DNA of 64,000 nucleotides from an uncultured bacterium. Its GTDB lineage: Bacteria > Babelota > Babeliae > Babelales > Vermiphilaceae. The notes under the pieces were generated by a model. The model made no database searches. It was not told the origin of the DNA and saw only the letters and a program-made list of their open reading frames with translations. The translations under genes and the position numbers were made by a program. The stretch covers positions 32,001 through 96,000 of the forward strand of contig CAVSFC010000002.1 of assembly GCA_963727255.1 (NCBI GenBank). Direction: 5' to 3'. Positions 40,117-50,035 of this stretch are shown here, piece by piece (position 1 is the stretch's first letter; every line of letters starts with the position of its first letter).

Positions 40117-40193
40117 ATGGTTCGATATGTCCAGCCTACGCTTATCCGGGCTTTCCAGCTCGGCAAGCTTCGGCGGACACTCACCATGAATGG
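40117..40193. repeat. Nested REP-like element
   Basis: ATGGTTCGA...CTCACCATGAATGG arms enclose CCAGCCTACGC[TTATCCGGGCTTTCCAGCTCGGCAA]GCTTCGGCGG. Confidence 0.65.
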
Positions 40194-40205
40194 CATAAAA
40201 ATTAG

Positions 40206-40296
40206 GGAGAGATGGCTGAGTGGCCTAAAGCGCTTGCCTGCTAAGCAAGAGCTCCGGAAATGGGGCACGAGGGTTCGAATCCCTCTCTCTCCACCA
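40206..40296 (+). tRNA. tRNA-Ser(GCT)
   Basis: Anticodon arm CTTGC-CTGCTAA-GCAAG, long variable arm, CCA. Confidence 0.92.
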
Positions 40297-40347
40297 GGCT
40301 ACGCTTATCCGGGGCTTCCGCCTCGGCAAGCTCCGCCCGGCACGGCC
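40297..40347. repeat. REP-like element abutting the tRNA 3' end
   Basis: GGCTACGC[TTATCCGGGGCTTCCGCCTCGGCAA]GCTCCGCCCGGCACGGCC. Confidence 0.6.
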
Positions 40348-40535
40348 AGCCTTTTAAAAGATTGATATTAATAAAAAAATTGAGCGATGTGCCCGGCAGC
40401 CTGCCCGCCATAGCTCTGAAAGAGCGTCGGCTGGGAAGCAGCAACTTCTTTAGTTATTGACAATGAGCGAAGTGGAAGCGAAGCCTGGGCAACCGAGTTA
40501 AAATGAGCTTTTTTTCTTGAAATACAAATAATATT

Positions 40536-40609
40536 GCGCCTATAGCTCAACTGGATAGAGCGTCAGACTACGGATCTGAAGGTTAAAGGTTCGACTCCTT
40601 TTAGGCGCA
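40536..40609 (+). tRNA. tRNA-Arg(ACG)
   Basis: Anticodon arm TCAGA-CTACGGA-TCTGA; CCA not encoded. Confidence 0.93.
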
Positions 40610-40743
40610 CATTTAATTTTTTTGGGGATCTTATGAACTCTACTAATCTTTTTTGGTCAATACCAAGTATTTTAGACTTCTTGTTTAAGTTATATGAAGC
40701 ATCATTGTTGAGTTATCATTTAAACTTATTAAAGAGGTGCTCT

Positions 40744-41603
40744 ATGAATAAATCATTCTTTATTATTGCAGCAAGCATTGTTTTATTGCTTTCCGCTTCT
40801 ATTTTTTGGGCAATAACTCGTAGTAATTCAAACAACCAGCAAGCTCTAAAGAGCCGGCCAACCAACCCTCACCGGTCGCAGAGCTTACTGCTGAAAGTGC
40901 AACACAAGTACTTACAAATACACCGGGAATTTTAATTGTCGATTTTTATGCAGAATGGTGTGGCCCATGCAAAACTCTTAAGCCAGTTTTTGATGAAGTT
41001 GCTGAGGAGCTTAAAAATACACATTCTTTTGCACGCGCAAATGTTGATCATTGTGCAAATTTTGCAAAAGAATTTCAAATAATGTCCATACCAACCATAG
41101 TAATTTTCAGCAATGGTAAAGTTGTGGATAAAATTGTTGGGATGATAGCTAAAGATGCACTCATAGAAAGAATCGAACAAGCATTAAAGGGCCCTCAAGA
41201 TCTTTCTACTCTTTCGCAAGAAACTTTGAATGAAAAGCTTATTCAAGCTATCCAGGGCACTGCAGCAATTGATGACATTAAGAAAATCATTGATGCGGGA
41301 GCGGATGTTAATCATGTTACTTCCGGCGGCATGATGCCGGGCATTACTCCTTTATTGATGGCAATACTAATCAACGGATCCCGCGGTATAGATGCAACTG
41401 ATTTAGTTAGCGTACTACTAAAAAATGGCGCTTCTACCGAATTCGTTGATACTAAAAATGGTACTAAAACGCAAGCTTTTGATTTTGTGCAAATGATGAG
41501 CCAAAATGCTAAAAGAATCGCGGAAAATTATGATAAGATGGCTCAGGTATTAAAAGAAAATCAACCCAAGACAAAAGAAGACCGACTACAAAGTTCGAAT
41601 TGA
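40744..41603 (+). CDS. Membrane-anchored thioredoxin + ankyrin-like fusion (frameshift between ~40827 and 40930)
   Basis: N-terminal TM segment; VDFYAEWCGPCK in frame with ORF 41082..41603; GADVN...TPLLMA...LLKNGA. Confidence 0.75.
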
Positions 41604-41645
41604 TTTTTCTTTTAATATAAATAATAATATTACTTATTATTTTTC

Positions 41646-41734
41646 GGAGAGGTGGCAGAGCGGTTGAATGCGGCGGTCTTGAAAACCGTTATTCCGTGAG
41701 AACGGAATCGTGGGTTCGAATCCCACCCTCTCCT
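41646..41734 (+). tRNA. tRNA-Ser(TGA)
   Basis: Anticodon arm GCGGT-CTTGAAA-ACCGT, long variable arm; CCA not encoded. Confidence 0.92.
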
Positions 41735-41801
41735 CATAAAAATACCCAATTTTATACCCGATTATACCCAATCTTATCCAGTCATACCCAATTGGCTTGT
41801 T

Positions 41802-41933
41802 TTATTTCAGTTCCTGCCCTTTTTATGAAATAACAAAATTTGATTGTTATCTTATTTCATTTTTTTACCAATTATTGAAATAAGGGAATAAAAAAGCTAT
41901 TCTTATTTCATATTTAACCTTAAAATGAAATAA
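41802..41933. promoter_or_regulatory. Array of six alternating TGAAATAA/TTATTTCA boxes upstream of the Fic gene
   Basis: Boxes at 41802(-), 41826(+), 41852(-), 41876(+), 41903(-) and 41926(+). Confidence 0.6.
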
Positions 41934-41940
41934 GGATATA

Positions 41941-43068
41941 ATGAAACGAGAAACCGGTCATTATCAGAAATTGGGCAATTTGGACTTCTTTGTCCCCAAT
42001 TCTTTGCCCCCAAAAGATCCTCCTTTTGAGCTTACTCCTGAACTTCACGATATTATATGGGCAAGCAATGCAACAGCTTGCAAAACTCAATGAAATGTCT
42101 TTAAGAATCCCAAATACTCAACGATTTTTAAAAGCATATGTTATTAAAGAGGCGCTTCTTTCTTCAGCAATCGAAGGTATTCATACAACCATAATTGATG
42201 TTTTCACTCAGCCAATTGAAGGCAGCAAACCAAGCAAAGAAACTCAATTAGTTCTCAATTATAAAAAGGCACTCGATGTCGCATTAGCGCTAATTCGCGA
42301 AAAAGGCATGCCTATCACCAACCGTATTATTTTAAGCGCGCATGAAGCATTAATGAATGAAGGAGAAGGAGAACGGGCAAATCCAGGCAATTATCGCAAA
42401 CAACCCGTACGTGTGGGCAAGTTGGTGCCTCCGCCCGCAAATCTAATTCCAGAATTAATGGCAGACTCTAGAAAAATATATTAACACTGATGATTCACTC
42501 CCCCTCTTGATTAAGGCTGGGCTTGCCCACGTACAATTTGAAACTATCCACCCATTTCTAGATGGCAATGGCCGCATTGGCCGTCTTCTGATTGTGCTTA
42601 TATTAATCGATAACGATTTATTGAATTCTCCAATCCTATATCCTTCCTACTATTTCAAAAAACACCATCTTGAATATTATCAACGCTTAGATTCAGTACG
42701 CACAAGATGGAGATTTCGAAGGTTGGATTAGCTATTATCTTAAAGGCATTATTGCAAGCAGTCAGGATGCCTATCGCCGAGCTTGCGACATTGAACTTCT
42801 TGAAAAGGAGATTAATGAACAACTTTCAGCCGATCAAATAACTGCACGAATGCATGAACAATTGTCCCGTACATTATTACTATTATTTCAATTCCCCATA
42901 ATTAATGCTAAAGAACTGGCAGCACAATTAGACAAAAGTTACAATGCTGCCAATAAACTTATTGCTTATTTTGTTAATAAAGGCATTTTACATGAAATTG
43001 GGGAGAAAAAGCGTAACAAGCTTTTCCAATTTAAGCAGTACCTTGAGCTACTAGAAAAAGAATATTAA
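41941..43068 (+). CDS. Fic family protein with C-terminal HTH (several frameshifts)
   Basis: Start MKRETGHY at 41941; EALLSSAIEG, HPFLDGNGRIGR and a C-terminal wHTH-like segment, split over ORFs 41990, 42507 and 42850. Confidence 0.85.
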
Positions 43069-43101
43069 CATATAACAACCCTTCATTAAAAAGGAATTTG
43101 C

Positions 43102-43575
43102 ATGGAAGCACACATTGGGTTAGCGCCAAAAACCCGCAAAGAGGTAAGCAAAATTCTTAATAATCTCCTTTCCGATGTATATCTTTTATACACCAAAACT
43201 TTAAAATATCATTGGAACGTCCATGGAATGGTTTTTCATGATTTCCATAAGCTTTTTTTAGAGCAATATGAAGCATTACTTGAAATTGCCGATGAACTTG
43301 CCGAGCGATCACGCGCTCTTGGCGAGCCTACCTTTGGAAGCATGACCGAATTTTTGAAGCATACTCGCTTAAAGGAAGAACCGGGTAAAATTCCTGATGC
43401 GCATGGCATGATTAAGCAATTGCTTGCTGATCATGAGACCATTATTCGACAAATGAGAGAAGATTTAGAAACTTGCGAAAAATTAGGCGATATGGGAACC
43501 AATAATTTCTTAACTGAAATCATGGAAAGACATGAAAAATTTGCCTGGATGTTTCGCGCAACCGCACAGAAATAA
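43102..43575 (+). CDS. dps: DNA starvation/stationary phase protection protein Dps
   Basis: HWNV.G..F...H..F.EQY, DELAER and HEKFAWM. Confidence 0.92.
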   Translation: MEAHIGLAPKTRKEVSKILNNLLSDVYLLYTKTLKYHWNVHGMVFHDFHKLFLEQYEALLEIADELAERSRALGEPTFGSMTEFLKHTRLKEEPGKIPDAHGMIKQLLADHETIIRQMREDLETCEKLGDMGTNNFLTEIMERHEKFAWMFRATAQK

Positions 43576-43603
43576 TAAATTTAAATAAGAATTTTGAAAA
43601 TAT

Positions 43604-43972
43604 TTATTGGAAATAGATGAGATTTTCAAAAGCAAGAGCCATATTTTCTTGCAGAGACTCTTGATCTTTGCTTGAAAGCTTACCAATACGTTTTTTAATT
43701 AATCGGTTATCAAGAGTAAATAATTTCAACCGTATAATTGAAGGCTTTTCTAGCCCACAGCTTTTCACATTACCGATTGGCACATCCAAGGGCCATGAGC
43801 TATGCATAGCACTCGTAATCATCGCAAGAACTGTATGACTTGTTGGGCCATTAAAGTGTTTTTCGGATGATATAACTAAAGCAGGCCTATTTTTAGATTT
43901 TAATGAATCCACAAATGGAAAAGGCACAACTACAACATCAAATGTCTTGTAAATGTTCATAATCTGCTTCAT
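43604..43972 (-). CDS. PemK/MazF-family toxin
   Basis: DVVVVPFPF, KNRPALVIS and AMITS; start may be 43960. Confidence 0.85.
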   Translation of the reverse strand: MKQIMNIYKTFDVVVVPFPFVDSLKSKNRPALVISSEKHFNGPTSHTVLAMITSAMHSSWPLDVPIGNVKSCGLEKPSIIRLKLFTLDNRLIKKRIGKLSSKDQESLQENMALAFENLIYFQ

Positions 43973-44174
43973 CGTAAGCTGAATTCCATTCGCTCAAGGT
44001 TTTAGCGATAGCCTTCAGATATTCTTTATCAAATGGCATACTTTTTTTCATGACAATAATATTATTGTCAATAACCTTAAAAATAATAGCATCTCCAGCT
44101 TTTAGCTTAAGTTTTTGACGCACTTCTTTTGGGATAGTCGCTTGAAACTTAGTGGTTAATTTTGAAGCACTCAT
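43938..44174 (-). CDS. AbrB/MazE-family antitoxin
   Basis: SKLTTKFQATIPKEVRQKL.LKAGD; overlaps the toxin start. Confidence 0.85.
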   Translation of the reverse strand: MSASKLTTKFQATIPKEVRQKLKLKAGDAIIFKVIDNNIIVMKKSMPFDKEYLKAIAKTLSEWNSAYDEADYEHLQDI

Positions 44175-44195
44175 GCAAAACCCTTATTTAATAGA

Positions 44196-44217
44196 TAGGT
44201 AATACCAGTATTACCTA
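44196..44217. promoter_or_regulatory. Palindromic operator upstream of the TA operon
   Basis: TAGGTAATAC-CA-GTATTACCTA overlapping a minus-strand TTGACA-17 nt-TAATAC promoter-like sequence. Confidence 0.6.
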
Positions 44218-44255
44218 GACTGGATGTTTTTGTCAAATTAGATGCTTTTTAAAGC

Positions 44256-44284
44256 AAAGCCCCCGGCATTCTGCCGGGGGCTTT
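44256..44284. terminator. Rho-independent terminator
   Basis: AAAGCCCCCGGCA-TTC-TGCCGGGGGCTTT. Confidence 0.75.
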
Positions 44285-44314
44285 ATTAAATACCTAATTT
44301 TCGAAAAGAATTTT

Positions 44315-44458
44315 TTACATCTTCAATTTATAACGCAGTAATTCATTATTTTCTTGTAAACATTTTGACTCTTTGATCAGATCCTTGGTAACATCGATCT
44401 TTATCTCATACGGCTTTTCCAAGCGATCTTCTATTTTTTTCTTGAGATTAGTTGGCAT
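44315..44458 (-). CDS. Possible 47-aa hypothetical protein
   Basis: MPTNLKKKIEDRLEKPYEIK...KLKM*, ending just before the terminator. Confidence 0.3.
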   Translation of the reverse strand: MPTNLKKKIEDRLEKPYEIKIDVTKDLIKESKCLQENNELLRYKLKM

Positions 44459-44580
44459 ATTTCCGCCTATTCATGCAGGAATTGCGGCCATAACTGAATG
44501 AATTATTGCAAATAGAAAATATTTAATGGTATGGTAAGGGTAGCAATGAGTAGAGTTTGTAGAAAGAGGAGAATTCTTTT

Positions 44581-44817
44581 ATGAATTGTATAAAAATTAT
44601 CCTTGCAATAGCTGCGTTTTTAAGCCTTTCAAGCTTGGCTATGGGCCAAGAGATGGAATTTAGGGTCCCAACCCCGCCGGTGATGGAAGTTCCGGTGATA
44701 GCCTCATTGGATGATGAAACCATGGAACAAGCAATGACTGCGACCCCTGAAATCACCGAATCAGGAACCAAGGCTACTGGAACATCAGAGGAAACCGCAA
44801 CATCCGAAGCTCAATAA
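44581..44817 (+). CDS. Small secreted acidic protein
   Basis: AGGAG RBS, signal peptide ending SLA-MGQE, E/T-rich tail. Confidence 0.6.
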   Translation: MNCIKIILAIAAFLSLSSLAMGQEMEFRVPTPPVMEVPVIASLDDETMEQAMTATPEITESGTKATGTSEETATSEAQ

Positions 44818-45075
44818 CTTTCATTCTGCTTCGCAAAACACGAGTTTTGCTTTGAAGAATTTCATTTACCCCACTTCTACAGCAACGCCTTGCAGGGATT
44901 ATTCCCTCGGGGCCTTGAAAATTTCCGTTCGCCGAGCACCCTTATTTCTATTTGAATCATATCCGATCGGAGCGGGCCAGGCCATTTGCAATTGTCTAAA
45001 TATCATTTCTATGCTACTTTATTGATATATGTGAGGCAAAAATATCCAGATTACTTTCGACCCCGGTAGATAGAT

Positions 45076-46644
45076 ATGAAATTAGTAAAAATTATACCCT
45101 ATTGCTTATTTGCTTTAACTTCATTCATTGGCAATGCATCTGCTCAAAAAGCGCAAAAAGCTACAGTAAAACAAGCCCCTGCAAAATCATGCGCTGAATC
45201 AAAGAGCACTTCGACTAAAACGCAAAAAGCAGAATCGATCCACTCTCATGAATTGGGATTCTCTTCTTTAAAATCAGAAGCTTTTAATATATCATTACCG
45301 ATCACCGGATCAGTGCCCGAATGGCTTCATGGTTCATTTATTACCATTGGGCCGAGCATTTTTGAGCTTAACCAGACCAAGGCAGATCATTGGCTTGATG
45401 GATTTGCCATGATTCATCAATTTGCGCTGGAAAAAGGGACCGCAAAGTATACTAATAAATTGATTAATTCATTGTATCATCAAGATTGCTGCAGCAAAGG
45501 GAAATTGCGCGGAAGCACACCGGAGCAAAAAAAATCTACCTGGTCCAAGCTTACTTCTGCGATCAGTAGTGCGCCCCGCCCAGTGTATGATAACACCAAC
45601 ATGAACGTTGCGATTTACAATAATCAATTGGTTGCGCTCACTGAGACGCCACATGTATTGCAAATTAACCCCAAAACAATGGAAACCAAAGGCAATTTTA
45701 CTTTTGATGATAAGATTGAAGCCCAATTTGCATCAGCCCATGCGCTCTTTGATCCAGCAACTCAAGAATGGTATGGTTTTGCAATTCAATATGCTCATAA
45801 TAGCGATTATATTGTGTATAAAATGAAAGCGAACAGCAATCAACGCACCGTTATTGCGCGGATCTCAGTTGGTTATCCTTCGTATATGCATAGCTTTGCA
45901 CTCACAAAAAATTATATTATTTTAACTGAATCGCCTTTCACCGTGAGCCCGTATGATCTTTTATTATCAGATCATTCATTTATTGAAAATTTTACTTGGA
46001 AGCCTAAAAACGGTACATCTTTTATCGTGATCGATAGGAAAACCGGGAAGAAAATAACGACCTATAAAACCGATGCGTTCTTTGCATTGCATCATGTGAA
46101 TGCCTTTGAAAAGGATAACCAGATTATACTCGATATGGTTACCTATAAAGATGCAGAAATTGTAGAAGCATTTAACATCAAAAATCTAAAAAGCTCGCAC
46201 ACAAAACTGCCTGCCGGCCATTTAAAACGTTTTACTATTGATCAGAAAACGTGCAAAGTAAGCGGCCACCTGCTTTCGCCTCATAATAATGTTGAGCTAC
46301 CGCAGATTAATCATGCAAAATTGATGCAAGATTATCGCTATGTGTATGCAACAGGATCGAACGAAGATGGGATTGCACATCAATTAGTAAAATTCGATCT
46401 GAATTCAAAACGCCATGAGATCTGGAAATGCAAAGGCTGCTATCCAACTGAACCAATCTTCGTTGCAAAACCAGGCGCAATAGATGAAGATGATGGGCTC
46501 ATTCTCTCATTAGTGCTCGATGCGATCGCACAAACCTCATTCTTGCTTATTCTCGATGCAAAAACTTTCAAAGAATTAGGCAGAGCCTCTGTTCCGCATC
46601 ATATTCCATTTACTGTTCACAGCAAATTCTTTGCAATCAATTAA
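45076..46644 (+). CDS. Carotenoid oxygenase (RPE65/CCD family), signal peptide
   Basis: G.VPEWL.G, HWLDG, four His motifs (SAH, YMHSF, HHVNAFE, TVHSKF), ELPQIN and EPIFV. Confidence 0.9.
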   Translation: MKLVKIIPYCLFALTSFIGNASAQKAQKATVKQAPAKSCAESKSTSTKTQKAESIHSHELGFSSLKSEAFNISLPITGSVPEWLHGSFITIGPSIFELNQTKADHWLDGFAMIHQFALEKGTAKYTNKLINSLYHQDCCSKGKLRGSTPEQKKSTWSKLTSAISSAPRPVYDNTNMNVAIYNNQLVALTETPHVLQINPKTMETKGNFTFDDKIEAQFASAHALFDPATQEWYGFAIQYAHNSDYIVYKMKANSNQRTVIARISVGYPSYMHSFALTKNYIILTESPFTVSPYDLLLSDHSFIENFTWKPKNGTSFIVIDRKTGKKITTYKTDAFFALHHVNAFEKDNQIILDMVTYKDAEIVEAFNIKNLKSSHTKLPAGHLKRFTIDQKTCKVSGHLLSPHNNVELPQINHAKLMQDYRYVYATGSNEDGIAHQLVKFDLNSKRHEIWKCKGCYPTEPIFVAKPGAIDEDDGLILSLVLDAIAQTSFLLILDAKTFKELGRASVPHHIPFTVHSKFFAIN

Positions 46645-48486
46645 AGTTTTGGTTTTACCGTCCCGAATAATTCGAGGATTCCTTCATACTTTGTAGCCTG
46701 AACCAGTTCTTGTGGATTTTTACCCGCAGATAATTGATCTTCCCGCTGTTTATAATGCGCTGCTAGTTCTCGAGCGGTAAAGAATTCTTTATCTAAAGAA
46801 TTTCCTTCAGAAGTCACTTCCTTCACCGTTATAGGAAAATTATTTTTTTTATCGGGATCAGCACCGTATTCGAGAAACAATTTTATGAGTGAAAGGATAT
46901 CTTGACCTTTTCTGGTTGCATGCCTTTGAACCAAACTGATTAATGGTAAAACAATTTTTTTATTGGAGACATCATAGTTTTTGTTCGGATCCGCTTTATT
47001 TTTCAGTAATAACTCAGCTAATCTAGAATCGTGCTTAGAGACTGCAATAGCAAGAGCTGATTTCTTATTCTTCTTTGAGCCAAACCAAAGATTACATGCA
47101 ACATTCGAATCTGCACCAAACTTAAGTAATAGTTCAATAGTATTATAAGGCAATGCTTTAAAACTGCTATTTGCTATATCAGGGAGCAATCGATAAGCTC
47201 CAATCATCAAGAACATATTCAAAATTTGGATTGAGCCAATTCCTTTCCAAAAGAATTTTTATAAATGAACAGTATTTTGAACTAACTGCCAATTTTAGTG
47301 CTTGCATAAACTGATCTTTGGTACACTTTTTGCCTAATGGCCCCAATGCAAGAAAATCACTTATAGTTTTCTCATATTTTGCAGCATTACTTTCTGCTAC
47401 TGCTTGTGCAAGCTTCCTACTATCAAAATCATTTTTGCTCTTTTTTCTAGCTTGATCTTCATCGATTTGCATCGCTATACAAGCAATTGGAGATGGTTTC
47501 TTTTTTACCGTATCAAATAATGAAAGAATTTCCTGCGTTTCATGAGAATAACGCTGCGCTAATTCCCGGGCGGACCCGAATGGTTCTATTTCATGAGTTT
47601 CTTTAAATACCCCGCACGCTTCTATAAAGTTAGTTGAAACGTGTCTCGTTTCCCCATCCATCGACAGCTTATCCCCCAATTCGAATGCATTATATTTTTC
47701 ATTATCGCGCGCATCAGGATCGGCGCCATATTCAAGCAACAAGGCTATTTGTTGAATTATTGTTTCTTGAAGCGGATCTGCATAATTTACTCCTAGACTG
47801 CCGCGTTTAGAGCGTTTTGACCGCTCATAGGCCAATCTATCAGCTCGCACTATGTAATCAGTTACTTCATTAATGAGGGGCAATAATTGAATCGGGTATT
47901 GATGTAATTCCCGCTCTCCTGCCTGATTTAAAAGAAATACCGGTGTTGAATGATGCCGTTTATTCGGATCAGCCTTATACTTCAATAATAATTCCACTAA
48001 TTCCGGATGTTCATTTTGCTGCAAAGCAATATTAAGAGGAGTTACAAGATTTGTTCGTGAACTCGATGCTGGAATATTGGGATCCGCGCCAAATTGTAAA
48101 AATAATTCGATAGTATTAAGATTTGGTTCCCTTGGATAATGATCAGTCATTTGATTTAATAATCGATAAGAATGTCCGCTTTCACTTTTATATTCGGAAT
48201 TAGGGTTTAGCCAACCATTTTCTAAAAAATCTTTTAAAGCTGTATTATAATGAGGCTTTACTGCTAGTTTTGTGATAAAATTAAACTGATGGCGATCAAG
48301 CTTTTCAGGCCAAGGCGCCTTATCAATAAAATCAGAAATTATTTTCTCATATTTGGGCACTTTTGAGTAAGCCACTTCATGCGCTAGCTGCTTAACATCA
48401 AAATCATTTTTAGCGTGCACAATTTGGGCAGTTTCCATAGCAGGCAATGCAAATGGAATTCCTAGTAATAATATAATGCGTTTCAT
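46641..48486 (-). CDS. Secreted two-module ankyrin-repeat protein (frameshift near 47220)
   Basis: Signal peptide ending PA-MET; LLKYKADPN and GADPD repeats; ORFs 47179..48486 and 46641..47222 overlap and together match the architecture of 48494..49930. Confidence 0.8.
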
Positions 48487-48493
48487 TATTCCC

Positions 48494-49930
48494 CTATTTA
48501 GCGATTAATGATGGTTTTGTTTTTACCGCATCAAACAAACTTAAGACTTGATCAAATTCATATCGGATTGCCAATTCTCGAGCGGTAAAATATCCTTGAT
48601 GTATTTTATCAGATTTTTCTTCAATTTCTATTGCAATGTTATTCTTCATATCAGGATCGGCGCCGGATTTAAGAGCTAAGGCCATTAATGAGAGGCATTC
48701 TTTTGCCATTTCTGGATTGGTACATGTGCGATACAGATTCACTAATCTGATTAATGGCAATGGATTTTTTGATGGTTCGGGTTGCTTATTAGGATCAGCG
48801 CCATGCTTAAGGAACAAATCAAATAACCTATAATTTTCAAGATTTAATGCTTTATCAAGAAGCGACTCATACACTATTTCTATTTTTGTCTTATCGATTT
48901 CAGCACACTGAGAATCAGGATTGAGCCACTTTGTTTCTAAAAGTGCTTCCAATAACGGATAATACTGGGGCTTCAAACAGAGCTTATTTACCTCGCAATC
49001 TTGCCAAGCATTAAGTTGCTTTCCAAATCGGCCCGGCTCAATAACAGAGTTAATCTTTTGTACTGCTTTATGATTCGCTACTTTTTGAGCAAGTTCTTTG
49101 ATATTGAAATCTTCTTTTGATTTTATTGAACAATTTTTCTGCCGCTGCTTAAAATTAATAAATGGGAATTTCTCTTGCGCATGGTTAACCAGATCTTTAA
49201 ACCGTTGATCATCATACTTTTCAAATAATTCGCGAATAGTTTTACAATCAGTCCCATCCACCTTCCAATCTCCTTTTGCATCAATATCCGCCCCATGTTT
49301 AACGAATAAAGCAATAAAAGGCACATATGCTTGATTCTGGCTTTCATGGTAAGAATTTACCAGTTGCACCAATGGTAATGGGTAGCCCGAAAATTGTTTA
49401 TTAGCATCGGCGCCATATTTAAGCAAAAGCTCGGTTAAGGGATAATCACAATGAGTTAATGCCGCTTCATTGAGCATAGGATACTTATGTTCCCATCCGC
49501 ACGTTGAACAATAATCGCATAAAACATTAGGGTCTGCACCCGCAGCTAAAAATGTTTCGATATTATTTTGAGGGCGACGCGTTGGGCGATAGATGAGCTG
49601 AGTAAAAAGCAGATATGTTTTATCTCCATTTTTACACTCAGCATTCGGATTAAGCCATCCTGATTCTAAAAGTTTTTTTAAAACAACATTAAAATGAGGC
49701 TTTAGTACTATTTTTTTGGCACACTCAAATTGATTTTTAGTAAGTGATTCAGTTAGCGGGCATTGATCAATAAAATTAGAGATTATCTTCTCATATTTGG
49801 GAGCGTGAACTCGGGCCACTTCTTGCGCAACTCTATTAATATCAAAATCTTTTGAATTATTTACTTCTTGAGGAATTTCCATTGCATGCAAAGCAAATGG
49901 AGTAAAGATTACTAACAATAACTTTCTCAT
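48494..49930 (-). CDS. Secreted two-module ankyrin-repeat protein
   Basis: Signal peptide ending HA-MEI; WLNPN/D, GADPN and TARELA motifs. Confidence 0.85.
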   Translation of the reverse strand: MRKLLLVIFTPFALHAMEIPQEVNNSKDFDINRVAQEVARVHAPKYEKIISNFIDQCPLTESLTKNQFECAKKIVLKPHFNVVLKKLLESGWLNPNAECKNGDKTYLLFTQLIYRPTRRPQNNIETFLAAGADPNVLCDYCSTCGWEHKYPMLNEAALTHCDYPLTELLLKYGADANKQFSGYPLPLVQLVNSYHESQNQAYVPFIALFVKHGADIDAKGDWKVDGTDCKTIRELFEKYDDQRFKDLVNHAQEKFPFINFKQRQKNCSIKSKEDFNIKELAQKVANHKAVQKINSVIEPGRFGKQLNAWQDCEVNKLCLKPQYYPLLEALLETKWLNPDSQCAEIDKTKIEIVYESLLDKALNLENYRLFDLFLKHGADPNKQPEPSKNPLPLIRLVNLYRTCTNPEMAKECLSLMALALKSGADPDMKNNIAIEIEEKSDKIHQGYFTARELAIRYEFDQVLSLFDAVKTKPSLIAK

Positions 49931-50035
49931 ACGCAGCCTTTTTTAGCTTGATCAGAATTATGGTTTCTTCTTTACACTATCAAAGAGATTGAGTATATCG
50001 GTATAGTTATATGCGGTTGCAAGTTCTCGCGGAGT

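Noticed and set aside
37358..40550. Short ORFs overlapping tRNAs and REP elements (37358, 37945, 38072, 39634, 40117, 40241, 40260, 40368)
   Set aside because: They overlap structured RNA genes or palindromic repeats and have no protein motifs
40206..41734. Non-G discriminator bases in both tRNA-Ser genes (A and T)
   Set aside because: Serine identity rests mainly on the long variable arm; single bases in an indel-prone assembly are weak evidence
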